In this document: positions 9,921 through 21,042 of the stretch, piece by piece
How the letters are laid out: each line of letters starts with the position of its first letter
Numbering within the stretch: the first letter of the stretch is position 1
Assembly: GCA_051546255.1 (NCBI GenBank)
Contig: CP128815.1
Location: 1,550,001 to 1,614,000, forward strand
Direction: 5' to 3'
Source of the DNA: Meyerozyma guilliermondii
Lineage: Eukaryota
Length of the DNA: 64,000 nt
Made by a program: the position numbers and the translations under genes
Notes under the pieces: model-generated
Database searches by the model: none
What the model saw: only the letters and a program-made list of their open reading frames with translations
Told to the model about the DNA's origin: nothing

Positions 9921-11441
9921 TCATGACCATGCATAAGGGCTCAAACTTCTAAGTTTCTCCCCGAACCTGTAAAATAAAAAAGGTACAGGTATAAGCAAGC
10001 AACCAAATAATGCCAAGAGAGTAGAAGCCCAATGTATGCCCATGTGTTCATACATTTGCAATCCAAAGAGGGGAAATACTCCGGACATGAGTGACCTCAC
10101 AAATGAATTAGCAGCCATTGCCGATGCTGTGTAAAGTCTATACGCTTCTACTGTATAAGCGAAGATGCCATTGAACACCAATACTGTTGCAAATCCGAAA
10201 ACAGCAGATCCTATGATTGGGGCTATCCAATGAACTTTACGATAAGTTGTCCATGCCAAAATGAAAAGACCAATAGGTACGAAAAATACCCCAACCAAAA
10301 GTGCCAAGAATCGAAACTCGGGTTTGGCTACCCCATTATTTTTCCGAACAAGTTCTTCGTGCTTTTTTTGTACATATGTGGGGGTACCGATGCAGGCAAT
10401 AAGCATTCCCACCATGAGACCCAAAAATGACATACCTTGTTGGCTGAGATTGAAATCGTAGACCGTTTTGAATATGTATGGAATGGCCACAAAGAACATG
10501 TAGACTATAGCGAGACAAAAGCCGCTGTAGAAGCATAGAACAAGCATCATTGGGTCTTTGACTAATAATAGTATGGGTCTTTTAGACGATAAAATAATCG
10601 ACTCGAATAACGATTCCTTATCTCGTTCAATGGGAGCATAGTAACGATTATCGCCTGTTTCCTTTCTGAGTCTTTGTGCTTTCCAATGCAATAATACCGG
10701 TTGATATGTTTCAGGCACAATCACTATGAGAAGGCCCAAAAGTGCACCGGACCAAATAATCATGATGTAAAAAGTCCACCGAAAGCTGATGTGGGAATTT
10801 ACAAAGCCAGATATAAGCGGTCCCAACAGCGGACCAAGAAATGGGCTAACACCATAAAGCATGATGGGATAGTGCATGTGTTCTTTATCAAATAAGTCAC
10901 TAAATGTGCCAGAAGCAACAGACATAAACGATGCTCCAAATATTCCCGAAGCCAATCTTCCAAAAAGCATACCGCCGATATTATCGCAAAAGGCGGTAAG
11001 AAACTGGAAAGCAATCATAAGTGCTAGACCCACAACATACACTATTCTTCGTCCATGAAACTCTGAAATTGGAGAGAGAAATATGCCTCCAGTACCCAAC
11101 CCCCAGATATATAGCGATATTCCAAGAACACTGACCTCGTGGCTGATCCCGAAATGCTCTATAATATTATCTGAAGCTAGGGACCATGCTGAGGAGATAC
11201 AAGTGACATTGACACTTAACAGCGAGATGAGAATTACGATTATCCACTTGCGAACAGGTGACATGTTCATGGGATTCTCCTTGTCGTTGCCGTCGTCAAA
11301 CAGAACACACCACAGTTTATCATCATATACATCATTTTGAATTACTTCGTAATCAGAGTCCGGATGGGATGGTTGCACGTAATTTGTATTGGGTGAATTT
11401 ATGGTGCTTTCATGCATGGTATGCAGTTCTTCTTCTTCCAT
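9921..11441 (-). CDS. MFS DHA1-family drug:H+ antiporter (Yhk8/Tpo/Flu1-like)
   Basis: About 12 hydrophobic segments; D.ENP.N.S..RKW, SPISEFHGRR, PETY.PVLL, YTASAMAANSFVRS motifs. Confidence 0.88.
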   Translation of the reverse strand: MEEEELHTMHESTINSPNTNYVQPSHPDSDYEVIQNDVYDDKLWCVLFDDGNDKENPMNMSPVRKWIIVILISLLSVNVTCISSAWSLASDNIIEHFGISHEVSVLGISLYIWGLGTGGIFLSPISEFHGRRIVYVVGLALMIAFQFLTAFCDNIGGMLFGRLASGIFGASFMSVASGTFSDLFDKEHMHYPIMLYGVSPFLGPLLGPLISGFVNSHISFRWTFYIMIIWSGALLGLLIVIVPETYQPVLLHWKAQRLRKETGDNRYYAPIERDKESLFESIILSSKRPILLLVKDPMMLVLCFYSGFCLAIVYMFFVAIPYIFKTVYDFNLSQQGMSFLGLMVGMLIACIGTPTYVQKKHEELVRKNNGVAKPEFRFLALLVGVFFVPIGLFILAWTTYRKVHWIAPIIGSAVFGFATVLVFNGIFAYTVEAYRLYTASAMAANSFVRSLMSGVFPLFGLQMYEHMGIHWASTLLALFGCLLIPVPFLFYRFGEKLRSLSPYAWS

Positions 11442-12137
11442 ATCCACTCGCAGCACTATTTTGTGCTCAGTAAGTCATTAATATGTGTACTAGACCTTCA
11501 GTTGTTGTCTATTAGTAAGGTATGAAGCTTAGTGATAATGAAGATAGTGAGGAACTGCATACGAAAATATGCTCGGAAACGATGCAACCTTAAAACGAAA
11601 TAAGGAAACAGCGTAAACTTAGAAAGATAGCAAGCTGGCATATTTTTCTTTCAAAAAAATGGTTCCTTAATAGATTTAGGTGGTTTCTAACGCGGTTTTT
11701 GGAAGTTGCCGTGCGGCTTTTTGCAACCAACAAACTGAGCCTGAAAATGACGAAACTTCCAAGAGGATTCTAATGGTGATTATTTCAGGAATCCCTTCAT
11801 CGTTTTGTGTTAATCGTTTTCAGTCTCTCTTTTGAATACTTTATGTTAATTTTTTCCCATTCATTCATTTTTCACTTTTTGCAATTTTCGCATTTTTCAT
11901 TAAATGCGATTCTTCTTATTGCTACGCTCACAAGACATCTAATAATAGAATTGCAAAAACCATGAAAAACAACCAAGAGCCCACAATTTCACAGCATACA
12001 ACCACAGTTCCACCCCTAACAAACCCTAACCAACATGGTGCACTGCCCTTGATTTTGGACTTCTTCGTCTACGGCTGTCACCCGCTTTGTGTCATTTCGC
12101 ATGCATAGAACCCAGAACACGTTGCGAATGTTTTGTC

Positions 12138-12791
12138 ATGGATGCAATAAAGCTCTCTGATCTCCACGCCAATGGTCGCCATGCAGACTTGGAGATGAGC
12201 ACAGTCATCTCCGATCACGATGACGAGCCCACTAAACTTCATGGAGCATCTGGACCTTTACGTCGACGGCTTTTTTTCAACATTCTTGTATCAGCAACAC
12301 TCACCTTCACAATTTATTACAATTATCAGAAACTTATCGACCGGCTGCATCCACTTGTGGCCCCGGCATTGCTCGGTAGCATGTCGGCTGCTTTTGCTCA
12401 AACGATGAATCAATATTTGAAGAAAAAAATCGACTTTAATAGAATTTTCAAATTCATGGTGTGGGGGTCGATAAACGGGACATTGACGGTACTTTGGATT
12501 GATCTACTCCTCAATAGACTTGATAGTGCGGTCTATAGAATAGTGGTGGATCAAACAGTGGGAGCTCCTGCGTTTCAAGCTACATTTTCCATCCTTAATT
12601 CATTATGGGAAACCGGTGAATTGATCTCCACCACTGCCAGGTCGTCGTATTTAAGATCACTTCGATACAGCTACTGTTATTGGCCCATTTTCTCGGTATG
12701 CCTGTTTCTTTTGGTACCGCCGCAAATGATGTTTCCTGCCAATTGCTTGGCCAATCTTTTGTGGAACTTGATATTGAGTCGATTAACCTAA
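12138..12791 (+). CDS. Mpv17/PMP22 family membrane protein (Sym1-like)
   Basis: AQ..NQ, DFNRIFKFMVWG, VVDQTVGAP, YWP, ANLLWN..LS motifs of the Mpv17_PMP22 family. Confidence 0.8.
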   Translation: MDAIKLSDLHANGRHADLEMSTVISDHDDEPTKLHGASGPLRRRLFFNILVSATLTFTIYYNYQKLIDRLHPLVAPALLGSMSAAFAQTMNQYLKKKIDFNRIFKFMVWGSINGTLTVLWIDLLLNRLDSAVYRIVVDQTVGAPAFQATFSILNSLWETGELISTTARSSYLRSLRYSYCYWPIFSVCLFLLVPPQMMFPANCLANLLWNLILSRLT

Positions 12792-12801
12792 TGTATATTA
12801 T

Positions 12802-14502
12802 CTACTTCTTTTGACGAAACGACTTGAGTGCATCCACCTTCTTCCCTCCTTTTCTCTTTCTGTTCTTGTGTACTTTGTTCTTGTGGAACGGAACAAATCC
12901 AATCTTCTTGGGATCTTGCCGAGCACTCTCAGGCAACAAATAATCTGGAACCCGTTTAAGTTGACTTTGAACTTTGGCGGGGTGAAGTTCCTTATCGTGG
13001 CGCAAGGAAGCCAAATCCTGAGGATTCTCCTCAAAAAATCGCTTAAGTTTCTCCGAATTCATAATCTCATTCTTGAGTTCACGAATCCTCGCTTCTCGTA
13101 TAGCCGCCAGAGTGACGGCTCGAAATGCATCTTCAGCTCTATACCTGAACCCTTCAACTTGTGTCATATCAAACTGATAGGGTTTGATCTCAAATCCATT
13201 TTTGGATTGCAGTTTGACTATACGAGCCAACACTTTTTCATCTCGCTTGGCTCCAGGATTCGTAGCGGTTTTATGCTTCCCCACCTCTTTTACAGGAACA
13301 ACAAACGACAATGCCATACCAGCTTTTCCGGCTCTCGCAGTACGTCCAACTCGATGGACGTAGGACCTCGAAGTGGTGGGGAGATCAAAGTTTAAAACGC
13401 AGGCTACGTTTCGGAAATCCACACCACGAGAAACACCATATTCTCCATCAACTTTCTTGCCCTTTTTCTTTTTGGACTTTTCCGGTTTTGAGTCTTCTTG
13501 GTCGTCTTCTCCCTCCTGCTCAGTAACCTCCGTAGACTCATCGCTTGCAATAAGTAGATTATAGACATTTTTGTTGAATTCATCGACAATGTGTAATCTC
13601 GAATTTACCGGCAACTCACTGTTTAGAATACAGCAACGAACACCAAACTGCTCGAGGAACAATTTCAATCTGTACCCACGGTCTATGTTGTTGACAAAGG
13701 CCAATGTCTTACCCTTTATCAAGTGCAACTTGAAGATAACATATGCAAACAAAAACTTGTCAAATTCAGAGGTACGAGCGTAAAATTGCACGAGACGATT
13801 CTGATTCTCTTCATTATCATTGAGCTTGATAATGGCTGGTTTAGTACAAAATCGTGCCTTCAAATCGTTGACATCGTCATTGACAGTTGCCGACATAAGA
13901 TATGTCTGTAAGTTTCTCTTAATAGGTAAAAAGTCATCAAGCTTCTGTAAATCCTCCATGTACCCATAAGAAAGCATTAGATCAACCTCATCGATAGCAA
14001 GACTAGTAACAGTAGTGAGGTCAACAATACTCGCATGCTTCTCTAAAACGGTGGTAAGTCTCAGTGGAGTGGAAATGATGATTTCAGGCTTAGCCAGCAA
14101 CAATGAAACTACAACTTGGTCTGACACATTAGTTGCCAAGTTGATCTGAGTTATTGAATTGCAGTAAACCAAGAGTTTTTCAATAAACTTGGTTACTTGA
14201 TTGGCAAGTTCTTTTGTAGGAACCAAGATAACACTCTTGATGTTGTGTTCGGATAAACCTTCAGAAAGAATATTTTGAATGATAGGAATGGAATAGGCAC
14301 CAGTTTTACCCGAACCCGTAGATGCTTTGGCAATAATATCTCTTTTATCTTCGAGAGAAAGTGGAATTGCATTAGATTGAATCAATGTAGGTTTTTCAAA
14401 ACCCAACTGATATACAGCTTGCAACAAGCGAGGATCAAGTTTGAAATTCTCCCACTTAGCCGACTCATCTAAATACTCAGATGCTACCACAGCGTCTGTC
14501 AT
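12802..14502 (-). CDS. DBP9: DEAD-box RNA helicase Dbp9 (60S biogenesis)
   Basis: [62 protein letters not shown]. Confidence 0.95.
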   Translation of the reverse strand: MTDAVVASEYLDESAKWENFKLDPRLLQAVYQLGFEKPTLIQSNAIPLSLEDKRDIIAKASTGSGKTGAYSIPIIQNILSEGLSEHNIKSVILVPTKELANQVTKFIEKLLVYCNSITQINLATNVSDQVVVSLLLAKPEIIISTPLRLTTVLEKHASIVDLTTVTSLAIDEVDLMLSYGYMEDLQKLDDFLPIKRNLQTYLMSATVNDDVNDLKARFCTKPAIIKLNDNEENQNRLVQFYARTSEFDKFLFAYVIFKLHLIKGKTLAFVNNIDRGYRLKLFLEQFGVRCCILNSELPVNSRLHIVDEFNKNVYNLLIASDESTEVTEQEGEDDQEDSKPEKSKKKKGKKVDGEYGVSRGVDFRNVACVLNFDLPTTSRSYVHRVGRTARAGKAGMALSFVVPVKEVGKHKTATNPGAKRDEKVLARIVKLQSKNGFEIKPYQFDMTQVEGFRYRAEDAFRAVTLAAIREARIRELKNEIMNSEKLKRFFEENPQDLASLRHDKELHPAKVQSQLKRVPDYLLPESARQDPKKIGFVPFHKNKVHKNRKRKGGKKVDALKSFRQKK

Positions 14503-14517
14503 TGGGGAAGGAAATGT

Positions 14518-14537
14518 GCGATGAGCACAGCGATGAG
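14518..14537. promoter_or_regulatory. Two PAC elements upstream of DBP9
   Basis: GCGATGAG at 14518-14525 and 14530-14537, the ribosome-biogenesis PAC consensus. Confidence 0.65.
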
Positions 14538-14724
14538 GTTCGACTTGAAGATGGTACTGCATATTAAATTTTGTGATTCGCAAAAAAGCGAGGCTATATA
14601 GCGGGGATTCACAACGCGCATATCAACTTGAAAGAGGACCCAAGAATGGCTCGAAAACAAGGGTATAACTTGGAAATTGTGGAAAACGTCATAGTAGTAC
14701 ACGCAAAGCTAATTATACATCAAA

Positions 14725-14797
14725 GGGCGTGTGGCGTAGTTGGTAGCGCGTCTGCCTTGCAAGCAGAAGGTCACCGGTTCGACTCCGGTCTCGTCCA
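14725..14797 (+). tRNA. tRNA-Ala(UGC), intronless
   Basis: GGGCGTG/CTCGTCC acceptor with G3:U70, anticodon arm TCTGC-CTTGCAA-GCAGA, ACCGG-TTCGACT-CCGGT T-arm, T-run terminator. Confidence 0.95.
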
Positions 14798-14921
14798 TTC
14801 TTTTTTGAATTTTAATTCACCTACATTTTTTTTGGTAGATTCGATGATGAATGTTGCAAAGTAATGAATAAATTATAGAATGTATTGAATATTAGATTAT
14901 TGTCTATCATGCATTGCACCA

Positions 14922-16448
14922 TCAATCTTTTGGACTTTCCTCTTCTTGAATCGCACTTGAAGTGCCTGCAGTGGCATCTGCCACATCCAAAGATATAGGT
15001 GAGAGATTGGCTTTATTGATTCGCTGAGAACTTGTGGAGGCTCTTCGGGCATTAGAGGAGCGACGCGCGAAATTTTGGCGTATCAGCGCGAAAGATGGCC
15101 GTCTTGAAACTGCTTGTTCTTCATCAACTGTTCGCGTTGATTTTCTCGAAACGAGACGCTTTATTTGCAGACCAATGTAATCTGCCGATGGGACGTTGTC
15201 GTCAGAATCATGAAAGCTGCGAATAGATTCACTCAATCGATCTTCATCTTCCTCGTTTGGGCGAACACCTGAAGCAATTGACGTTTCTCGTTCGAGTGGC
15301 TTGCCCATTCCATAAACTGGAAATACATTTCTTGGCGATCTGGCATGAGGACCCCGAGAGCCAACTGATACATTGGTATTTGTTCTTGAGAGCCTCGACC
15401 GTGTGCGAGCAACAGACTCATTGTAAAATGGGGCCGGAGAGTAGCCAACCATAGAACTTGCACTGCTTCTATGCGATGAATTATGCCTCAGAATTTCACT
15501 ATTGTGCTTTTCTAAAGCCAAATCCGTAACGTCCTCATCATCTTCTTCGGGATCCGGTTCCTTCTGTCGTATGACTCGCGAGTCAGTATTCAATTCAGGC
15601 TGTTCATCTCGCAAAGTAAATCTTGGAAGCCTCAACTTTTTCTGATCGTGCTCAACAGAAACCAAATGCGAGTACCATGGAATGGTGATGGCGAAGAAAA
15701 CACCGCCTATTATATTCCCAATGGCCTCAGGGAGCATTACTTTCCACACCACCTTACCAACAGATATCGGTGCCGAGCATACAAGTCCCATAATGAGCAG
15801 AAACATATCGGCGATCGCATGGCTAAAACCGACAGCACTGAAGGTGAAAACAGGAACTGTTATCATTATAAATTTGACATGTAAAGGTTTGGCCATTATT
15901 TGAAGATAAACCCCCAAGCAGACAAAAAAATTACCTGCCATACTTTTAATCATCGTTTCCACAAACGAAAACAGGGCCTTTTTCATTGTAATAGCTATGC
16001 ACGCTTCTTTGTATGACGGCTCTTTCCCAACATGCAGAAACCACACTATCACATAGCAAACGAATATATTGCCCACCACGTTGAATGCGTAACTTACAGT
16101 CCAACTTATTACAACATCAAAGATTGACACTGCTCCTCGTAAAACTCCAACACCAAAGTAAAGAACATTCGAATTAAACAAATCAGCACCAAGTACCACA
16201 ACGTAAAACAAACCAATGGGGAAAAAGAATCCTTGAAGGAACTCTATAATACCTGGATTTGCCTTATAAAGTTCCGGACAATTGGCTTGTAACGCTGCAT
16301 GAAGCATACCTCCACTTGCAAACAATAACCCGCCCATGAAAGAGTTGAGAATTAGCATGTCAACTGTGAGACGGGCCTTCTTCATGGAAGTTGCTACCAC
16401 CGCCAACGCGGCCTCGTACGTGGAAATGTACAAAGAATCATCAACCAT
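14922..16448 (-). CDS. Formate/nitrite transporter (FNT) family channel with long disordered C-terminal tail (YHL008C-like)
   Basis: FPIGL..VV..GADLFNSN, GNFFVCL, GFSHAIADM, GNIIGG FNT motifs. Confidence 0.88.
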   Translation of the reverse strand: MVDDSLYISTYEAALAVVATSMKKARLTVDMLILNSFMGGLLFASGGMLHAALQANCPELYKANPGIIEFLQGFFFPIGLFYVVVLGADLFNSNVLYFGVGVLRGAVSIFDVVISWTVSYAFNVVGNIFVCYVIVWFLHVGKEPSYKEACIAITMKKALFSFVETMIKSMAGNFFVCLGVYLQIMAKPLHVKFIMITVPVFTFSAVGFSHAIADMFLLIMGLVCSAPISVGKVVWKVMLPEAIGNIIGGVFFAITIPWYSHLVSVEHDQKKLRLPRFTLRDEQPELNTDSRVIRQKEPDPEEDDEDVTDLALEKHNSEILRHNSSHRSSASSMVGYSPAPFYNESVARTRSRLSRTNTNVSVGSRGPHARSPRNVFPVYGMGKPLERETSIASGVRPNEEDEDRLSESIRSFHDSDDNVPSADYIGLQIKRLVSRKSTRTVDEEQAVSRRPSFALIRQNFARRSSNARRASTSSQRINKANLSPISLDVADATAGTSSAIQEEESPKD

Positions 16449-16628
16449 GAAACATCAAGTTGAGGATGGAAGTGCGTAAAGTTTAGACTATTGGTGCTAG
16501 GATGCAATGGGCAAGAATCTTAACTTGCAGAGTTTAACTCGATGAGGTAGCTTATTCTGGAAAGTTTTTCCGAAAAGCGTTAATAAACGAGACCCTCGTA
16601 ACCTTGGCCGTTATTTTTTTCTGGGCAC

Positions 16629-17765
16629 TCATTCGTCGTGAGATTTTCCGGTTTCCGCGGACTTTTCTTCGATCTCAGCCGCATCTGCCGTGCCATTAGA
16701 AATAACAGATATTTCACGTTTCTGCTGATGACTTAGCCTGGCGCTCTTTATCAAACCTTTGAACTCTTTGTGGTATTCCTGTAGCCATCTCTTTACCAGA
16801 AAATCTTTGTCAGTGATCAGTTTAAAGCTGATACTGCGGCTTGAGAAAAGATCTGAACCCGCTGAACCTCCAAATGCCAGATGAGATCCTTCCCATTGGT
16901 TGAGTCTTTGGTGTAGCACCTTTTCCAGCACCGGGTGGTTGCTGTCTAAGTTTGAGTTGAAGAGAATGTAAAAATGATTATATCGAAGCTCAAGTTGAGT
17001 CCTGGTACCTGCTGTCAGTAGTCTTATTTGTGAAAGCTTTTCTTTAAGTCTGGGCGTAGAAAGGGACTTAAAGTCCAACTTGGGTAGTTTCTTGGTCTCT
17101 GCGGCGTTGTGTTTGTCAACTTCATTAAAGTAAAAGTTCAGGTGGTCTTTAGTGGGTCTTGGAACGGGGGAAACGGTGCGTTTAGGATGCTGAAAAAAGG
17201 ACGATATTGCCGAGTTTGATGAACCAGCATTTTTCTTTCGTGGGGTGGGCTTCTTATAGCCCAAGCACTCATCAATATGTCTCGATTGTAATACCTGTGC
17301 CGTCATCTTTCTCGAGCAAATTGGACAATCTACAAGTTCGTCTCGCGTAGGAATTGCCGCTGCATTCTTGTGTTTCTTTAGTGGTGGCTCTTCGTCAGAA
17401 ACCTCTATTATTTCTTGTTTCTGTTCATTTTCAGGTGAAATTTCGTTGCCAATAACCAGTAATAAATCGTGCCGCAACGCAACATAGCAGTTTATGATTT
17501 CTTCAAGTAATATCACTTTCTTGAGGTTGCTCTCGAACTGTTCTGTCTTACACAACGGGCAACTACTATTGACCACCAAGTATTCTCGTATGCAATGAGA
17601 ACAAAATGTATGATTGCAGCTTGTAGTCATTGGCGCTTTCATGAACTCTTTGCAAATAAAACAGCGTTGGAGAGCATCAAGTTCGGTCAACTTAGGCATC
17701 TTTGTGGACTTGAAATCAGAAGGATCCGTCACGTTCTGGAGATTATTAGCAAACGGATTATCCAT
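16629..17765 (-). CDS. RAD18: Postreplication repair E3 ligase Rad18
   Basis: RING RCFICKEF...CNHTFCSHCIR...CPLC; UBZ CPIC...HIDEC; SAP domain (LKEKL...GTRTQLELRY); FNSNLDS. Confidence 0.93.
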   Translation of the reverse strand: MDNPFANNLQNVTDPSDFKSTKMPKLTELDALQRCFICKEFMKAPMTTSCNHTFCSHCIREYLVVNSSCPLCKTEQFESNLKKVILLEEIINCYVALRHDLLLVIGNEISPENEQKQEIIEVSDEEPPLKKHKNAAAIPTRDELVDCPICSRKMTAQVLQSRHIDECLGYKKPTPRKKNAGSSNSAISSFFQHPKRTVSPVPRPTKDHLNFYFNEVDKHNAAETKKLPKLDFKSLSTPRLKEKLSQIRLLTAGTRTQLELRYNHFYILFNSNLDSNHPVLEKVLHQRLNQWEGSHLAFGGSAGSDLFSSRSISFKLITDKDFLVKRWLQEYHKEFKGLIKSARLSHQQKREISVISNGTADAAEIEEKSAETGKSHDE

Positions 17766-17944
17766 GGTGCTAAGCTAGCCTTTGCGATCTCGAGTAATCT
17801 GAGACTCGCGTAAGCGATGCGATGCGCAGGAAGTGTGGAGAACAAGAAATAGAGATAGCAAAAATCTAGACGATAAAGAGTAGTGAAATAGCAAGTGGTA
17901 GCAAGGAAGTATTAGCGAGTATCATAGCAATGACAATGTATTAA

Positions 17945-20929
17945 TCAGAGTTCGTCGTGGACAACAGCTTTACTAGGTTGACCAGATGAAGATTTTGATC
18001 CACTCTTCTTCTTTGATCTCTTCTTTTTTGACCTTTTAGTAGTTGGTTTCACTGTTGATGTGGAGGATTCAGAGCTAGCTGCATCAGGAATTGGTGTCGT
18101 AGAATTGGTCAGTCCATCATTGGCACTCTCTTCCACAATCGGAGCAGCTGATGGAGTCACAGCAGGTTGTGCAGAAGGCACATCCTCCAGCAGAGTTATA
18201 GCTTCTGTTGCAGACTCTTCGAGTGCGTTAGCTGTACTTTCAGCAACGGCTTCAACGATAGGATCTGCGGTTTGTTCGGGGATCTCTTCTGCAGTCAGTT
18301 CTGAAGTCTGTTCTGTTATCTCTTCCGCAGTCAGCTCAGAAGTCTGTTCTGGAATCTCTTCCGCGGTCAGTTCTGACGTCGCTTCTGCGGTCTTCTTGCT
18401 TTCGTAGTCGAAAGTAGGCAGTTCGATAGATGTATATGTCTCTTCAGCAATACTTGGTGAAGGAGTCTCATCATTAGGAACTGCAATGGTATTGCTTTCA
18501 TCATCAGTGGCTTGTTGTGAAGGTTGAGAAGTATCGTTCTCGTTTGATAAGTCTCTCGTAGAAGTCTCGTTCGCTGGCTCTTCCGTTGACGTCTCCTCAG
18601 TTGGTGCAGAAACGGATTCCTCAACAATGGTGGAAGCTGATATTTCTGAAATGATTACTTCCTCTATGATGGTTGATGCTTGAGACAAAACAGGCTCAGG
18701 CGAGCTAACAGTTGAATATTCAGACAGTGATTCTTCTTCGCCGGAGTATTGGCTCTGTTCTTCTTCTTCGGTCTCTTCATACTCTTCCGTCTCCAGGCCC
18801 AGGGAATATCTATCGTCATCGAGATCTTTTGCCTCTTCAGAAGAAGCTTCAGTGTCTGAAGGCGAGATTGTCGTCGCTGCAGTCGTTCCTTGCGTTATTG
18901 ACTCAGCTGCAGTTGTGAGTGATTCAGTCTCAGAAATTGCTTCTTCCTGATCATCTTCTTCGGACTCCTCGCCCTCCTCAGCTTCAGTCTCCTCTGATTC
19001 GTCACCATCTTCTGCTTCCGCTCCTTCTGTTTCGGCTTCTTCGTCATTACCGTCTTCACTGTCAGTGTTCTCGTCACCTTCAGTTTTCTCGTCATCATCT
19101 TCAACCGAAGCCTCTGAATCCTCTGAAGCTACTGTTGGCGTGGATATCGTTGACGTGGATACTGTTGGCGTGGATTCACTTGAAATGTCACTCAGTGTAG
19201 AATTTGTACCGTAGATTACTTCTTCTTTGATCTCATCCATTTCTGGGACAACTTCAATTGAGCTGGTAACAGGAGCCAGTACTGTACTGAGAATTTCGGT
19301 AGTCACATAGTTTGTTGTATCCGAAAAGAACGAGGACGAGTCAAAATCTTCCTTACCAGTAATGTCTGCCACATTTTTCGTCACCTGTGAGACAATATCT
19401 TCCAATGTATGAGACATATGAGCAGTAGATGCAGCCTTGGAGCTATCATCAGGAGGTTGGACAGGTGCCAGTGACTGCTTTGCATCACTGTTGCTCTCAG
19501 ATGTCGCCGATATTGAATTTTCAACTGCTGGAACTTCGCTAGTTGCAATCGTGGTATCATCAGTAGTAGCTTCTCTCTCTGTATTCAAGTTGATTTTTTC
19601 CTGAACAATTGAATATCCCAATTCTCCATAATGTTTGAGATGACTGAGGCCAATTTTACCATAGACCTGAGCCTGATCCCATGCAACAAGTCCGTATTCA
19701 CGACCTTGCTGGAGATACACTTCGCTGTTTTTGGAAGCGAGCGCCAAGTAGTCTTGTAGTTGGCCAGTTTCATGAGCTTTTTGCAAGAAAATACCAGTGA
19801 TTGCAACGAGGATAATCATGATCAAGTAGTTGAAAAGTGAACCAATAACCGAACGTCCCTTGGCATAGTTGGGACGAAGTTTCAAAACCTTTACGTTTGC
19901 GTCGGAACTACCACTTGCCAATTTACTGCCGTTGGGACAGAATGACAAACATGTGATGGCAAACTTGTGATAATTCTTGTATGTTTTCAAGATCTTGAAA
20001 TCGCTCAAGCGGAAGATGTTGAGTGAGCAGTCATTACCAGCAAACGCGAGCAAGTCCTGAGTCACAGAAATGTCAAAGGCAACACATCTCATTTTGGATT
20101 TGATTTCCTTTATTTTGTCTATAGTCTGGTTTGCGGTGGAATATTGTATGAGGGCGACACCCTTTCCATTTCGCAATGCTGCCACGATGACCACGGTTGA
20201 TGCATTAATGTATTTGACCTTTGACAAAATGTACTTGCTGAGCGTCTTTGTAACCGCGGGAGATTTGGAACTGGAAGACACCAATGATCCAGATGCAGGG
20301 TTTATCACTTCCACAGAGCTACCTGTTACGTAGCACAACGACTTGCCATTGTTGGGACTAAGTTGAAAATCCTTGATCTCCACATCTGATGATGGAGTAA
20401 ACTTGAATATGAGGTCCAAGGTGTCAGGATTGAATATGGAAATTGATGATGGGGTTTTGGAAGTCATAAGGCATCCCAATGAACCATCAGATGAAACACA
20501 CACAGCTTTTGGATACTCGCCCACTTCGTCCAGGGAAATCTCCTCTTCCAACTGAGCAGCATCCTGGAATCGCAAATGCTCTTCCAGTGTATAAACGTAC
20601 TTGCGTAGATTGTGATTGATATTCATTGATTTTGCAAGTTCTTCCGATTGATTGCAACCGATAAACACCAAATGACCATCGTCGGTGCTTCCAGAGATAT
20701 CAACACACATTGGCGAGTCTTCATTGTCTGGCAAAACAATTTCACGGAATTTTTGGAGTCTTCTAGATTTATCAGATACTTTGAACAGACATTTAATCAC
20801 AGTTATTTTGTTCGGTAAACCATGATTTCCCTCGCCGCCTCCCCCAGTAACGAGCACGGCCTTGTTGTTGATGAAACGAGCCCCGAAAATGGGATAACCA
20901 ACGTCGATCCCTGCCGAATCTTTGGACAT
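17945..20929 (-). CDS. SEC12: Sar1 GEF Sec12 with long acidic/Ser-Thr luminal domain and HDEL (Sec12/Sed4-type)
   Basis: GYPIFGARF, GGGGEGNHG.PNKIT K-loop, WD beta-propeller, single TM, C-terminal HDEL. Confidence 0.9.
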   Translation of the reverse strand: MSKDSAGIDVGYPIFGARFINNKAVLVTGGGGEGNHGLPNKITVIKCLFKVSDKSRRLQKFREIVLPDNEDSPMCVDISGSTDDGHLVFIGCNQSEELAKSMNINHNLRKYVYTLEEHLRFQDAAQLEEEISLDEVGEYPKAVCVSSDGSLGCLMTSKTPSSISIFNPDTLDLIFKFTPSSDVEIKDFQLSPNNGKSLCYVTGSSVEVINPASGSLVSSSSKSPAVTKTLSKYILSKVKYINASTVVIVAALRNGKGVALIQYSTANQTIDKIKEIKSKMRCVAFDISVTQDLLAFAGNDCSLNIFRLSDFKILKTYKNYHKFAITCLSFCPNGSKLASGSSDANVKVLKLRPNYAKGRSVIGSLFNYLIMIILVAITGIFLQKAHETGQLQDYLALASKNSEVYLQQGREYGLVAWDQAQVYGKIGLSHLKHYGELGYSIVQEKINLNTEREATTDDTTIATSEVPAVENSISATSESNSDAKQSLAPVQPPDDSSKAASTAHMSHTLEDIVSQVTKNVADITGKEDFDSSSFFSDTTNYVTTEILSTVLAPVTSSIEVVPEMDEIKEEVIYGTNSTLSDISSESTPTVSTSTISTPTVASEDSEASVEDDDEKTEGDENTDSEDGNDEEAETEGAEAEDGDESEETEAEEGEESEEDDQEEAISETESLTTAAESITQGTTAATTISPSDTEASSEEAKDLDDDRYSLGLETEEYEETEEEEQSQYSGEEESLSEYSTVSSPEPVLSQASTIIEEVIISEISASTIVEESVSAPTEETSTEEPANETSTRDLSNENDTSQPSQQATDDESNTIAVPNDETPSPSIAEETYTSIELPTFDYESKKTAEATSELTAEEIPEQTSELTAEEITEQTSELTAEEIPEQTADPIVEAVAESTANALEESATEAITLLEDVPSAQPAVTPSAAPIVEESANDGLTNSTTPIPDAASSESSTSTVKPTTKRSKKKRSKKKSGSKSSSGQPSKAVVHDEL
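18272..18379 (-). repeat. Coding minisatellite, 3 x 36 bp (TSELTAEEI[P/T]EQ) in the SEC12 luminal domain
   Basis: Units 18272-18307, 18308-18343, 18344-18379, with mostly synonymous differences. Confidence 0.9.
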
Positions 20930-21042
20930 GTTGTACAACACATCTACGCGACGTGGCTTCGATGTTAAGGCGCTGGTGTGCGGGTGCGAATTCTGGATAT
21001 TCGCGGAAACCGGACGCACTGATGTTTGGCTGCACCTAGTTG

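Noticed and set aside
17850..17935. Repeated TAGCAA upstream of RAD18 as possible Rfx1 X-box half-sites
   Set aside because: They lack the terminal C and palindromic partner; only an MCB-like TCGCGT near 17806 is plausible.
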